Below, piece after piece: positions 1-8,739 of a stretch of 57,021 bases of DNA (position 1 is the stretch's first letter; every line of letters begins with the position of its first letter). The translations under genes and the position numbers were made by a program. This DNA is from Candidatus Saccharimonadota bacterium (lineage in GTDB: Bacteria > Patescibacteriota > Saccharimonadia > Saccharimonadales > JACDBH01): positions 1-57,021 of the forward strand of contig JACDBH010000007.1 of assembly GCA_013694995.1 (NCBI GenBank), read 5' to 3'. Below the pieces are notes generated by a model. The model had not been told where the DNA came from, did not search any database, and was given only the letters and a program-made list of their open reading frames with translations.

Positions 1-1690
1 TAGTACCGTCTACAACACCTGAGTTAAAGCTAAGATTAGTGGTGTTATTCTCAATATCAAAGTCAGACACGACTGCAGTGCCGCCATTGTCATTAATGAC
101 TTCTTTAACTACGGTGAGGGTAGGGGCAACAGCTGTATTGGTTATTTCACAAGTAATATCTTCATCAAGCTCGAGAGTTACTACACTGCCGCTCAGTTCA
201 TCGCCATCACCCCCGGTGCATGACCAGCTTCCGGCAGAATAACCAGAAGGACCGGTTTCACTCAAAGTGTAGCCCGTACCGGCTGCGGCCGCATAAGTTT
301 GGGTTGTTGCGACTAATGTATCCGCAGGAGTTCCGGCTTCATTAATAAGTGGAGTCGCGGTTCCTTGCTGGGCTTTGAGAATCCAGTCATCGGCAAAATT
401 ATTACCGCCACTATTATTTACCACTGTTTTCTTTAGGGTTAGTGTCGGAGCGATATCGTTGTTGGTAATAGTACAAGTGATATTCTGGTTACTCGCAAGA
501 ACTACATTTCCACCCAATACCGTAGGACAGCCCGTGCCAGTAATCGATACGAACTGGTAGCCTATAAGTCCTGTTTCATTAATAGCGTAAGAACCAGGGC
601 TTAAACTAAGCGTCTGGCCTGAAGTAACTGCAGTGCCACCGATGCTCAAACCGAATGCATTAACACCTGCCGAACCTCCATTGTCATTTGTAACGCTCTT
701 GATAAGTGTGATCGAACCCTGCTGGCGGGTATTGGTAATGATACAAACCACATCAGAATTGTTTGGCGGTGTAACAGAGAACTGCCCAGTGCTAATAGTT
801 GTTACGGTAAGGATAGAACCCGCACCATTATTGTCTCTGCAAATTACGCTAATGGCATAGTTAGTGAGTGAGGAACCAGTTGCCGCTGTCTCGCGGAATG
901 TATGCGAAGCGTTTGTAACCGCCCTCTCACCAGTTGTGCCCGAGTCTCCAACAGCTGAAGCATAGACTACACCATCTATACTCAAATTAAATTGCCCGCT
1001 ATCAGTTGTGGGAGTGAGGGATTTACGTATTTCGAGTTTACTTGCACCAGTAGAGATAATACAGTCGGCTGGATCGGAATTTACTATTTGAGAAGGCAGT
1101 GAACAGACATCAATAAGCTCGCTTGTACTACCGCCAACTTCACTAATATCGATAATACAAGTAGCAACTGTGTCTTGTGGTGCGGCCTCACCAGTACCAA
1201 ACGGGTCAGTACTAGTAGTCGCTACAGAACACGATGTGGCATAAGGTCCGCCACTGTTAAGTAAGACCGAACTTGTACATCTATCAAACCTGGTATCGCC
1301 ACAGCTGTAAATATCGGGACTCGTAGCAGTCTGAGTAGCCGGGTTACCTGATATATTCACACAAACGGCATAATTAGCAAAGCCGTCATTATCAGTATCA
1401 AACAAGGCGCAAGCATCGCCCGTATTCGCGCCCGTAAAGTTTATTTTATCCCAGCTCCAGGAAACAGTAAGGGTGGAGGGCAGTCCAGATTCGTCTACGC
1501 ATAACATGGTCAAATCACGCTGCTGGGATCCAACATCGTTGGCTCCTTGCTGGTCATTTGTGCAGACAGGTGCAGCTTCGGCAGTATTATTCCAAAAAGC
1601 CGAGAACGGCACAATTTGGGCTGATAGTAATAAAATAACCGCTGAAGAATAGAGCACTGAATTTTTAAGTTTAGTAATAAATGTGTGCAT
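1..1690 (-). CDS. Large secreted surface protein with tandem Ig-like/prealbumin-like (SpaA-type) repeats; runs off the left edge (partial)
   Basis: Missing from the ORF track and translated by hand. ATG at 1690 follows GGGAGG. Signal-peptide-like N-terminus MHTFITKLKNSVLYSSAVILLLSAQIVPFSAFWNNTAEA, then a Cys-rich domain, then repeats of the form TLTLxKxVxNDNGG...Y.L.ETG..GY....C...TCxITN. No stop before position 1. Confidence 0.85.
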   Translation of the reverse strand, partial: MHTFITKLKNSVLYSSAVILLLSAQIVPFSAFWNNTAEAAPVCTNDQQGANDVGSQQRDLTMLCVDESGLPSTLTVSWSWDKINFTGANTGDACALFDTDNDGFANYAVCVNISGNPATQTATSPDIYSCGDTRFDRCTSSVLLNSGGPYATSCSVATTSTDPFGTGEAAPQDTVATCIIDISEVGGSTSELIDVCSLPSQIVNSDPADCIISTGASKLEIRKSLTPTTDSGQFNLSIDGVVYASAVGDSGTTGERAVTNASHTFRETAATGSSLTNYAISVICRDNNGAGSILTVTTISTGQFSVTPPNNSDVVCIITNTRQQGSITLIKSVTNDNGGSAGVNAFGLSIGGTAVTSGQTLSLSPGSYAINETGLIGYQFVSITGTGCPTVLGGNVVLASNQNITCTITNNDIAPTLTLKKTVVNNSGGNNFADDWILKAQQGTATPLINEAGTPADTLVATTQTYAAAAGTGYTLSETGPSGYSAGSWSCTGGDGDELSGSVVTLELDEDITCEITNTAVAPTLTVVKEVINDNGGTAVVSDFDIENNTTNLSFNSGVVDGT

Positions 1691-1908
1691 ATGGCCTCCC
1701 TGCCTTTGTTGTCGCTCCCACCAAATAACACCGATACTATATAAAGCGGATTATGTACTCGTAATATTATAAAAGCAAGTATTTTTACAATAATTACAAC
1801 TTAAAGTGTTTTAATGATATAAATAGCTCTATATATTTTTTTAAAAGCCCTTTAATAATTTACTTTATAGCGACAGTAGATTTCACATTTTAAATTTAAA
1901 AAAAATTG

Positions 1909-2841
1909 TCAAAAGTGATTGATGAAACCTTCTAGAGATTTGGCAAGTTCAGCATTATTAAGATTTCGAAGTTCAAGCAGTGCTTTTTGCTTATAGTTTT
2001 CTGCCTCACTTATAGCACGATTTATAGAGTCATCCTTTTTCAGTATTTCTAAGACTTGTGGGGCTGAAACGTCATCGCTTTCCAAAAGTTTTTTTAGCGT
2101 AACCTTATTTGGTCCATGAAGAGATAGTATAACTGGCAGGGTATAATTACCTTCGCGCACGTCGTTACCTACGGACTTACCGGTTGTTTCGGGCGATTCA
2201 ACGAAATCCCTAACATCATCCATATACTGGTAATAGAAACCAAAATTTTCAGCAACATCAGACAGCACTTTGAGCTCATTTGAGTCTAACCCGGAAACAA
2301 GCCCACCTAAATTTACCGAGGCAATAAACATAGAAGAGGTCTTGCCCCTGACCGCCGACAGGAGTGATTTTGTGGTACGCCTAGTATTAAAATTATCTCT
2401 AAGCTCAATTGCTTGGCCTTCGCATAAACGCATAATTGTTTCAGCCAAAATTACGCCAGCCTCAGCACTCACGTTTGCCGCCAATGCGCATCCTTTGGCG
2501 AACAAATAATCACCCGCAAGGATCGCCGAATTTGTACCTTCTTTTGAATTTATTGTTGGTACGCCCCAGCGCAATGCTCCGATGTCAATTATGTCATCGT
2601 GAACCAGGCTGGCCAAATGCACAAGCTCTACCGCAGTTGCTGCGTTAATGACTTTATCGTCAATTTTTTTCCCATTATAAAAAGCGATAGCGATGACCAG
2701 GCTTGGCCTTAGCCTCTTCCCGTGTGCGTGTAGCAGACGCCCAGCACCACTGATGTTTTTTGGTGCTAAGCCTTTTAGTTTTTTATCTACAAGATTAAGA
2801 AAACGGGGCAGGTTTTTTATTCCAAAATCTAGTGAATTCAC
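1909..2841 (-). CDS. Trans-isoprenyl (polyprenyl) diphosphate synthase, probably medium/long-chain (IspB/HepT-like)
   Basis: GKRLRP, first Asp-rich motif HLASLVHDDIID, AILAGD, GQ, KT, second motif YQYMDD, GKSVGNDVREG. Confidence 0.93.
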   Translation of the reverse strand: MNSLDFGIKNLPRFLNLVDKKLKGLAPKNISGAGRLLHAHGKRLRPSLVIAIAFYNGKKIDDKVINAATAVELVHLASLVHDDIIDIGALRWGVPTINSKEGTNSAILAGDYLFAKGCALAANVSAEAGVILAETIMRLCEGQAIELRDNFNTRRTTKSLLSAVRGKTSSMFIASVNLGGLVSGLDSNELKVLSDVAENFGFYYQYMDDVRDFVESPETTGKSVGNDVREGNYTLPVILSLHGPNKVTLKKLLESDDVSAPQVLEILKKDDSINRAISEAENYKQKALLELRNLNNAELAKSLEGFINHF

Positions 2842-2884
2842 TTGATCTAATATAGCATTAATATATAAGTGGCCGCGCCGCTAC

Positions 2885-3012
2885 CTGACCCACACTCACT
2901 TTTTTGAAGCAAGAGGGTCAGGCGAAGTGCAACCGGATAACTTCCTGGCTTTAAACCAAGAAGTTACCCGCGTGTAACGCACTCTTGAAGCGAAAAAGTG
3001 AGTGTGGGTCAG
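2885..3012. mobile_element. MITE-like non-autonomous element (128 bp) with 20-bp terminal inverted repeats and 9-bp target-site duplication
   Basis: CTGACCCACACTCACTTTTT (2885-2904) and AAAAAGTGAGTGTGGGTCAG (2993-3012) are perfect inverted repeats, flanked directly by CGCCGCTAC at 2876-2884 and 3013-3021. The interior forms a further hairpin. Confidence 0.75.
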
Positions 3013-3050
3013 CGCCGCTACAACAAAAGCCAGCCAAATTAAACTGCCAC

Positions 3051-3743
3051 TTAAGGCGCCACAGAGAAGTGGCCGTCTGTATTGATATCTTGATCGTCGT
3101 GAAATGCAAAATCACCCGACTGATTAAGGGTAATAGTCTCAGGACGTCCGTCGTCAAGCACGACTTCGTACTCCCCACCATAACTAACTTGCGCGGTATG
3201 CGAGCCAAACTTCATAACCCGCTTTTTATTATCTTCATTGATAAATGTCAACGTATCACACAAGCTTGCTTCAAGGTGTATAGGGCTGACTTGGCCGTCC
3301 TTTATAGTAATAATGTGGTTATCACCAAGCTCTTTACAAGCACCGGTTTTTTCGCCGCCTAACTGAGATATGCCTTCTTTTTGAGCAAGCCTAGTGGTTA
3401 TTTCTTCCGGTGACATGTTTTGATACAAGTGGCTCATAATAAACAGAGAAGCGCTTATGGTGAGCACAATGACTCCGGCCGTAGCAAAAAAGAAAACAAC
3501 GTTATATAGCGGCTTTGGCCCTCGCCCTAAGTGTAGGAAAAACAGTAACTGGATTGCCATCTGCAGTATCGCGATACTAAGTATTACTGCCAGCAACGCA
3601 TTGCCTGCAATGACTTTGTTGACCACCAAATAGTAGGGAATAATCGTGAATACCAGGGACAAAATAAATCCTATGACATACGAACCAGTTGTTCCATGCT
3701 CGCTCTTTGTGTTCGACTTGGTTACATGTGATTCTGTGCTCAT
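3051..3743 (-). CDS. cyoD: Cytochrome bo3-type quinol oxidase subunit IV fused to a C-terminal cupredoxin-like domain
   Basis: N-terminal 3-TM region SYVIGFILSL...QLLFFLHL...IMSHL typical of CyoD. About 120 extra aa with a beta-sandwich pattern (ITIKDGQVSP..L....DTLTFIN...G.F.FHD). Confidence 0.88.
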   Translation of the reverse strand: MSTESHVTKSNTKSEHGTTGSYVIGFILSLVFTIIPYYLVVNKVIAGNALLAVILSIAILQMAIQLLFFLHLGRGPKPLYNVVFFFATAGVIVLTISASLFIMSHLYQNMSPEEITTRLAQKEGISQLGGEKTGACKELGDNHIITIKDGQVSPIHLEASLCDTLTFINEDNKKRVMKFGSHTAQVSYGGEYEVVLDDGRPETITLNQSGDFAFHDDQDINTDGHFSVAP

Positions 3744-4339
3744 ACGAATGCCATTAAATAAACTACAGTGAAGATAAATATCCAGACGATATCAAGGAAG
3801 TGCCAGAACAAACTGAGCATAGACAGTTTACGCACCATACTCTTGGTAAGACCGCGTTTTGCCACAAAGAACAGCGTTATTGCAGCCCATATCAAGGCAG
3901 ATGTAATATGCACGCCGTGTGTTCCAACCAGCAAAAAGAATGAAGACATGAACGCGTTACTACGCATCGTGTGTCCTTCATGAATAAATTCAACAAATTC
4001 GTATAATTCGATGCTCAAGAAGGCTAAACCTAGGAGAAACGTGATACCGAACCAAAAAAGTGTCTGTTTTTTTATACCCTTGCGGGCGGCGATCATCCCT
4101 AGCCCACAGGTAAAACTGCTAGTGAGAAGTATTAATGTCTCTGTTAGAGCCAGGGGAGGGCTAAATAGATCACGACCCGTTGGTCCACCTAAACTATTGC
4201 CATGCAATACGGCATATACTGCAAAGAGCACTGAGAACATCAAGAGATCGGTCATCAGATAGACCCAAAAACCAAACATTACGCGGTCATTGGCCGCCTC
4301 TTCGTGACTCATCTCTTCAGATGTTTCGGCGTGCGTCAT
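3740..4339 (-). CDS. cyoC: Quinol oxidase subunit III
   Basis: FGFWVYLMTD, ILLTSSFTCG, GTHGVH, FWHFLDIVWIFIFTVVY. Start moved to ATG 4339, which forms an ATGA overlap with the cyoB stop. Confidence 0.95.
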   Translation of the reverse strand: MTHAETSEEMSHEEAANDRVMFGFWVYLMTDLLMFSVLFAVYAVLHGNSLGGPTGRDLFSPPLALTETLILLTSSFTCGLGMIAARKGIKKQTLFWFGITFLLGLAFLSIELYEFVEFIHEGHTMRSNAFMSSFFLLVGTHGVHITSALIWAAITLFFVAKRGLTKSMVRKLSMLSLFWHFLDIVWIFIFTVVYLMAFV

Positions 4340-6405
4340 CGTTTGCCCCTCACCAGTCGCCACGCCCAGGATAGTGCTATCTTTATAAATTCTAGGAGGC
4401 CCATGTCTACTTCATCATCATCCTTATGAAAGGCACGAACTTTATCGGCTTGGTGTTCTTCCATTTTTTCTACTACCTCAGCAGGGATTGTATACTCGGA
4501 ATCTTCATTAAATGTCTTGGCAATCAAACAAATAATGATGCCAAGGATCGACACAACTACCAACCAGACAATCTCCCAGACAAAGCCAAATCCGACTAGA
4601 AATGCGAAGATTGAAATGTATATACCAGAGGCTGTGTTCTTAGGCATGTGAATGTCTTTGTATGTAGGTTTTGAGATTCCGAGCTTTTTCATTTCGAAAT
4701 ATGCGTCGCGGGACGAAACTTCGGGAATAACGGCAAAGTTGTACGCAGGAGCTGGTGAGGCAACCGACCACTCTAATGTACGCCCATCCCAGGGGTCGCC
4801 TGTAGTATCGGCCAAACGCCTTTTTTGGATAAAACTGGCAATAATTTGCACAATTTGCAGTGCAGCACCAATCGCGATGATAATGCCTCCGATGAGAGAC
4901 ATTATGAAGAACGGCTGCCAACCAGTAGAAGCATCGTAGTGATCAAGCCGCCTGGTAGCCCCCATGAGTCCAAGTACATAAAGCGGGATAAAGGCTACAA
5001 AGAATCCAATTATCCAACTCCAGACAGCGTAGCGGCCGATACGCTCATTTAACCGGAAACCAGCTATCTTAGGGAACCAGTAAGCTAGACCGGCAAAGAT
5101 ACCGAATAGCACTCCCCCAACAACTGTAGAGTGGAAGTGTGCCACCAAGAACAGACTGTTGTGAAGTTGGAAGTCAACTGGGGGTATAGCCAGCAGTACG
5201 CCAGAAATTCCGCCCAATGCGAATACGGCAATAAACCCAAGGAACCAAAGCATCGGCACAGTAAGTCGTATTTTGCCCTTGTACATCGTGACAATCCAGC
5301 TGAACACTAACACAGTCGTCGGTATCGCGATTATCATCGTGGCTACCCCGAAGGCTGAGTTTACGTCAGCTCCGGCGCCCATAGTGAAGAAGTGGTGTAA
5401 CCACACCATCAGAGCAAGAGTCGAAATACCTATCATGCCAAACACATTGGATTTATAGAAAGCTATGGGTTTGCGACTGAAGGTGGAAACAACCTCTGAA
5501 AACACGCCCAATGAGGGCAACATCAAAATATATACTTCCGGGTGTCCCCACATCCATATAAGATTGGTATACATCATGGCGTTACCACCACCGGTGGTTG
5601 TGAAAAAGTGCGTGCCAAAATACCGGTCAAAAAACATCAAAAAGATAGTCATGGTAAGTAATGGGAAGACGGTAACTGCCATGGCCATACTGCACAGTGA
5701 GCCCCAGGTAAAGAGAGGCATCTTAAATAAGGTCATTCCTTTTGCGCGCATCTTGAGCATTGTCATAATAAAGTTTATCGCGGCTAAGGTCGTACCGATA
5801 CCGGAAATCTGCAGACTCCAAATCCAATAATCCATCCCGACGCCAGGGCTGAATTCCTTACCCGATAATGGAGCGACAGCCAGCCAGCCGGCTGCGCCGT
5901 ATTCATTGCCAAGAAAGAAAAACATATTTACCATAATGACCCCAGCAACATACAGCCAAAAGCCTAAGGTATTCATAAAAGGTGAGGCTAAATCGCGCGC
6001 GCCTATCTGTAGAGGCACAATATAGTTAATAAGCCCAAAAATCAGAGCCATAGCCACAAAGAACACCATAATATTTCCGTGAGCAGTAAAGATTTGCTGG
6101 AAGTGATCTGCAGATAAATAACCGTGTGAAGACCCGGATGACAAGGACTGCTGAAGCCAGAGCATGATTGCGTCCAGTCCCCCACGTACCAGCATGAAGC
6201 CACCGGCGATGAAGTACATTATGCCGATCTTTTTAGGGTCAACCGATGTAAACCATTCGTTCCACAACCACTTCCAACGCTTTTTGTAGGTTATAAGCCC
6301 GACCGCAAACAGTAGCATTAGCGTAAAGCCTACTGAACCGGCTATGGTAAACCACTCATGAGGTAGTGCGTCTGCGTTTAATTTTCCTATTAAGAATTCT
6401 CTCAT
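4336..6405 (-). CDS. cyoB: Heme-copper quinol oxidase subunit I (bo3 type)
   Basis: WGHPEVY, WLHH and AHFH metal ligands. Quinol-site residues matching E. coli R71/D75/H98/Q101 (VRGGLD...DHFQQ). Confidence 0.97.
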   Translation of the reverse strand: MREFLIGKLNADALPHEWFTIAGSVGFTLMLLFAVGLITYKKRWKWLWNEWFTSVDPKKIGIMYFIAGGFMLVRGGLDAIMLWLQQSLSSGSSHGYLSADHFQQIFTAHGNIMVFFVAMALIFGLINYIVPLQIGARDLASPFMNTLGFWLYVAGVIMVNMFFFLGNEYGAAGWLAVAPLSGKEFSPGVGMDYWIWSLQISGIGTTLAAINFIMTMLKMRAKGMTLFKMPLFTWGSLCSMAMAVTVFPLLTMTIFLMFFDRYFGTHFFTTTGGGNAMMYTNLIWMWGHPEVYILMLPSLGVFSEVVSTFSRKPIAFYKSNVFGMIGISTLALMVWLHHFFTMGAGADVNSAFGVATMIIAIPTTVLVFSWIVTMYKGKIRLTVPMLWFLGFIAVFALGGISGVLLAIPPVDFQLHNSLFLVAHFHSTVVGGVLFGIFAGLAYWFPKIAGFRLNERIGRYAVWSWIIGFFVAFIPLYVLGLMGATRRLDHYDASTGWQPFFIMSLIGGIIIAIGAALQIVQIIASFIQKRRLADTTGDPWDGRTLEWSVASPAPAYNFAVIPEVSSRDAYFEMKKLGISKPTYKDIHMPKNTASGIYISIFAFLVGFGFVWEIVWLVVVSILGIIICLIAKTFNEDSEYTIPAEVVEKMEEHQADKVRAFHKDDDEVDMGLLEFIKIALSWAWRLVRGKR

Positions 6406-7328
6406 TAGTGCGTTACCTTGTGTTCCGTGGATCCTGCGTATTGTTGATGACCCCCAGCGTACTTACTTAGTATATTACTATATATTTCAGGTTCCGGATT
6501 GGAGTAAAAAGCGGCCTGATTATTCTCGCTGGGCATAAGCAGACTAGCGTATTCGGAGGTGCCAAGCTCGTTAGTTGAAAGCGTTGTATCGTTCACCCAC
6601 TTCTTAAAATCTTCTTCTGAACTGACGCGGGTAATAAACCTCATGCCGGCAAAACCGGCACCATTAATTTCGGCAGCACTGCCCTGATAATCCCCTGGGG
6701 TATTAGCAATTAAATTCAGCCAGTTTACGTGCTGGGTCATTGCATATAACATACCGCCTAAATGTGGAATCCAGAACGAACTCATGGGCGTCTCATCAGC
6801 CGTTAACTCAAATTGCACAGGGGTGTCTACGGGAATTTGGACATAGTTGACAGTCGCAATGTTCTGGTCTGGATATATAAATAACCATTTCCAACGCAAA
6901 GCAACTACTTGGATAGTGAGGCGCTCATTCTCGGATTCAATCAGTCTCTTTGGATCAAGTTTCTGAGTGGCCGGCAACATGAGGGATGCTAAAATTAGCA
7001 TAATTATAGTAGGCAAGGCCCATAGCGTAAATGTAAAAAACTTGCCATGATCGGAGTGGGGACTATAAGCGGCCTTCTCGTTGTCCTCTCTGTACTTCCA
7101 GGCGAAAAAGTAGAGGAAGAATAGAATCGGGACGCCAAACCCCAGCATTATTAATGTCGAGATTACCATCAGCCGATGCTGCTGGTCTGCCACCAAGCCT
7201 TTGGGGCTAAACAATATGACATCATTACCTCTTAGTAGTGCGGCAACAAGCAAACTGAGGCCAATAAACCCCAATAAAACTAGCCATATAGTTCTAACTC
7301 GACTAAACTTTTTCCCAGGTTTTGTCAT
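6405..7328 (-). CDS. cyoA: Quinol oxidase subunit II
   Basis: PKG, WKWLFIYP, SFWIPHLGG. The CuA ligands are replaced (SAAEINGAGFAGM), as in quinol oxidases. Confidence 0.95.
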   Translation of the reverse strand: MTKPGKKFSRVRTIWLVLLGFIGLSLLVAALLRGNDVILFSPKGLVADQQHRLMVISTLIMLGFGVPILFFLYFFAWKYREDNEKAAYSPHSDHGKFFTFTLWALPTIIMLILASLMLPATQKLDPKRLIESENERLTIQVVALRWKWLFIYPDQNIATVNYVQIPVDTPVQFELTADETPMSSFWIPHLGGMLYAMTQHVNWLNLIANTPGDYQGSAAEINGAGFAGMRFITRVSSEEDFKKWVNDTTLSTNELGTSEYASLLMPSENNQAAFYSNPEPEIYSNILSKYAGGHQQYAGSTEHKVTH

Positions 7329-7470
7329 TAATACGCTATCATTATTTTATATATTTAAGCATTATCGCTATAACTTTACTATGCTGATCTTTGACTTTCA
7401 CTGTCTGTCACTAAATTATAAAGCTCACTGATTGCCTAGCACCACTGGTCGGTCTGTTACACTGAAGTGA

Positions 7471-8328
7471 ATGTTTAGTGGTTATTATAAGTTAATCAAG
7501 CCGCGGGTGATGTATGGCAATCTTATTACGACTATTGCTGGGTTCTTATTTGCCGCTGATGGACACATAGATTTAGGCTTGTTCTTGGCAACCGCTATCG
7601 GCACAGGGCTGGTTATTTCAAGTGCCTGTGTGATAAATAACTACCTCGATCAAGATATTGATGCCAAAATGGAGCGTACCAAATCCCGGCCGCTCATAAC
7701 GGGAGAGGTGAGTCAAACAGGTGCTGTTGTTTACGGCGCAACACTTGGGATCTTGGGTTTAGCGATGCTTATCGCCTGGACTAACAGGTGGGTAGTAGGC
7801 GTCGGCATTTTTGGCTTCGTGACATATGTCTGGTTATATGGAGCTCTAGGGAAGCGAAAAAGTGTACATGGCACACTAGTAGGTAGCCTCAGCGGTGCTG
7901 CGCCCATCTTGGCTGGTTACGTGGCCGTGCAGCCTGGGCTGGACGCTGCAGCCGTTATACTTTTTCTGATTATTTTCTTCTGGCAGATGCCAGAGTTTTA
8001 TTCGATATCAATTTACCGTAAGGTTGAGTACGCCAAGGCCGGCATACCAGTCAGCTCTGTGGTCCGCGGCGTCGATGCCACTAAACGGCAGATATTTGTT
8101 TACACGGTTCTAACTGTCGCCAGCATGATGGGCCTGGCCGCTACACCACTGGCCTCGCTGTCGTACCTGGTGGTGGTTTTGGTGTTTGGCGCCTACTGGC
8201 TGCAGCTGACCGCCGAAGGTCTGGTTACAGAAAATAATGATGTATGGGCTCACCGCAATTTTCATTTTGCACTTTGGGTACTGGTGATTTTTTGCCTAAT
8301 TATTTCATTAAACCCATTTGTGCCGTAA
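7471..8328 (+). CDS. cyoE: Protoheme IX farnesyltransferase (heme O synthase)
   Basis: LIKPR, NNYLDQDIDAKMERTKSRP, GAAPILAG, WQMPEF; divergent from cyoA. Confidence 0.95.
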   Translation: MFSGYYKLIKPRVMYGNLITTIAGFLFAADGHIDLGLFLATAIGTGLVISSACVINNYLDQDIDAKMERTKSRPLITGEVSQTGAVVYGATLGILGLAMLIAWTNRWVVGVGIFGFVTYVWLYGALGKRKSVHGTLVGSLSGAAPILAGYVAVQPGLDAAAVILFLIIFFWQMPEFYSISIYRKVEYAKAGIPVSSVVRGVDATKRQIFVYTVLTVASMMGLAATPLASLSYLVVVLVFGAYWLQLTAEGLVTENNDVWAHRNFHFALWVLVIFCLIISLNPFVP

Positions 8329-8338
8329 ACTATTTTAT

Positions 8339-8593
8339 ATGCTTATACTTACACATATTATTTTAGCCCTCAGTGCATTAGCACTATCAGTTGCATCCAA
8401 CTTCAGGCCTGACACCAGCAAACTTAAGACAAGTTACTCGTTAGCTATCGGCACACTCGCATCTGGTTTCCTACTGATTATCGTTAACAATGCGAGTGTC
8501 CTGCGAACGTGCCTTAGTGGCATTTTGTTCTTTGGAGTTGTAAGCCTCCTCAACGAAACTGCCCGCCGCAAACTCGTTACCCAAAACACCTAG
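8339..8593 (+). CDS. Small 3-TM membrane protein downstream of cyoE
   Basis: Hydrophobic ORF starting at ATG 8339, 10 bp after the cyoE stop. Confidence 0.7.
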   Translation: MLILTHIILALSALALSVASNFRPDTSKLKTSYSLAIGTLASGFLLIIVNNASVLRTCLSGILFFGVVSLLNETARRKLVTQNT

Positions 8594-8613
8594 TCAAAAA
8601 CAGTAAAGAAGTT

Positions 8614-8649
8614 ACAAATGAAATCTGAATTTACTTCAGTTTCATTTGT
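8614..8649. terminator. AT-rich hairpin between convergent genes, probable terminator
   Basis: ACAAATGAAA-CTGAA pairs with TTCAG-TTTCATTTGT. Confidence 0.45.
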
Positions 8650-8739
8650 TCTATGTTTTTTGAAAGAGAAGAAAAGAGATAAGAAAACCTATCCGGAGGC
8701 CCCACTTAGGCGGGGCCGCGAATGGTTGTCTCGTTTCAG

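Noticed and set aside
39-1731. Short ORFs in the track (39-242, 375-560, 633-860, 1510-1731)
   Set aside because: Antisense or off-frame shadows of the large minus-strand surface protein
2951-3362. ORFs 2951-3208 (-) and 2985-3362 (+) overlapping the MITE, considered as a transposase remnant
   Set aside because: They overlap cyoD and show no transposase motifs
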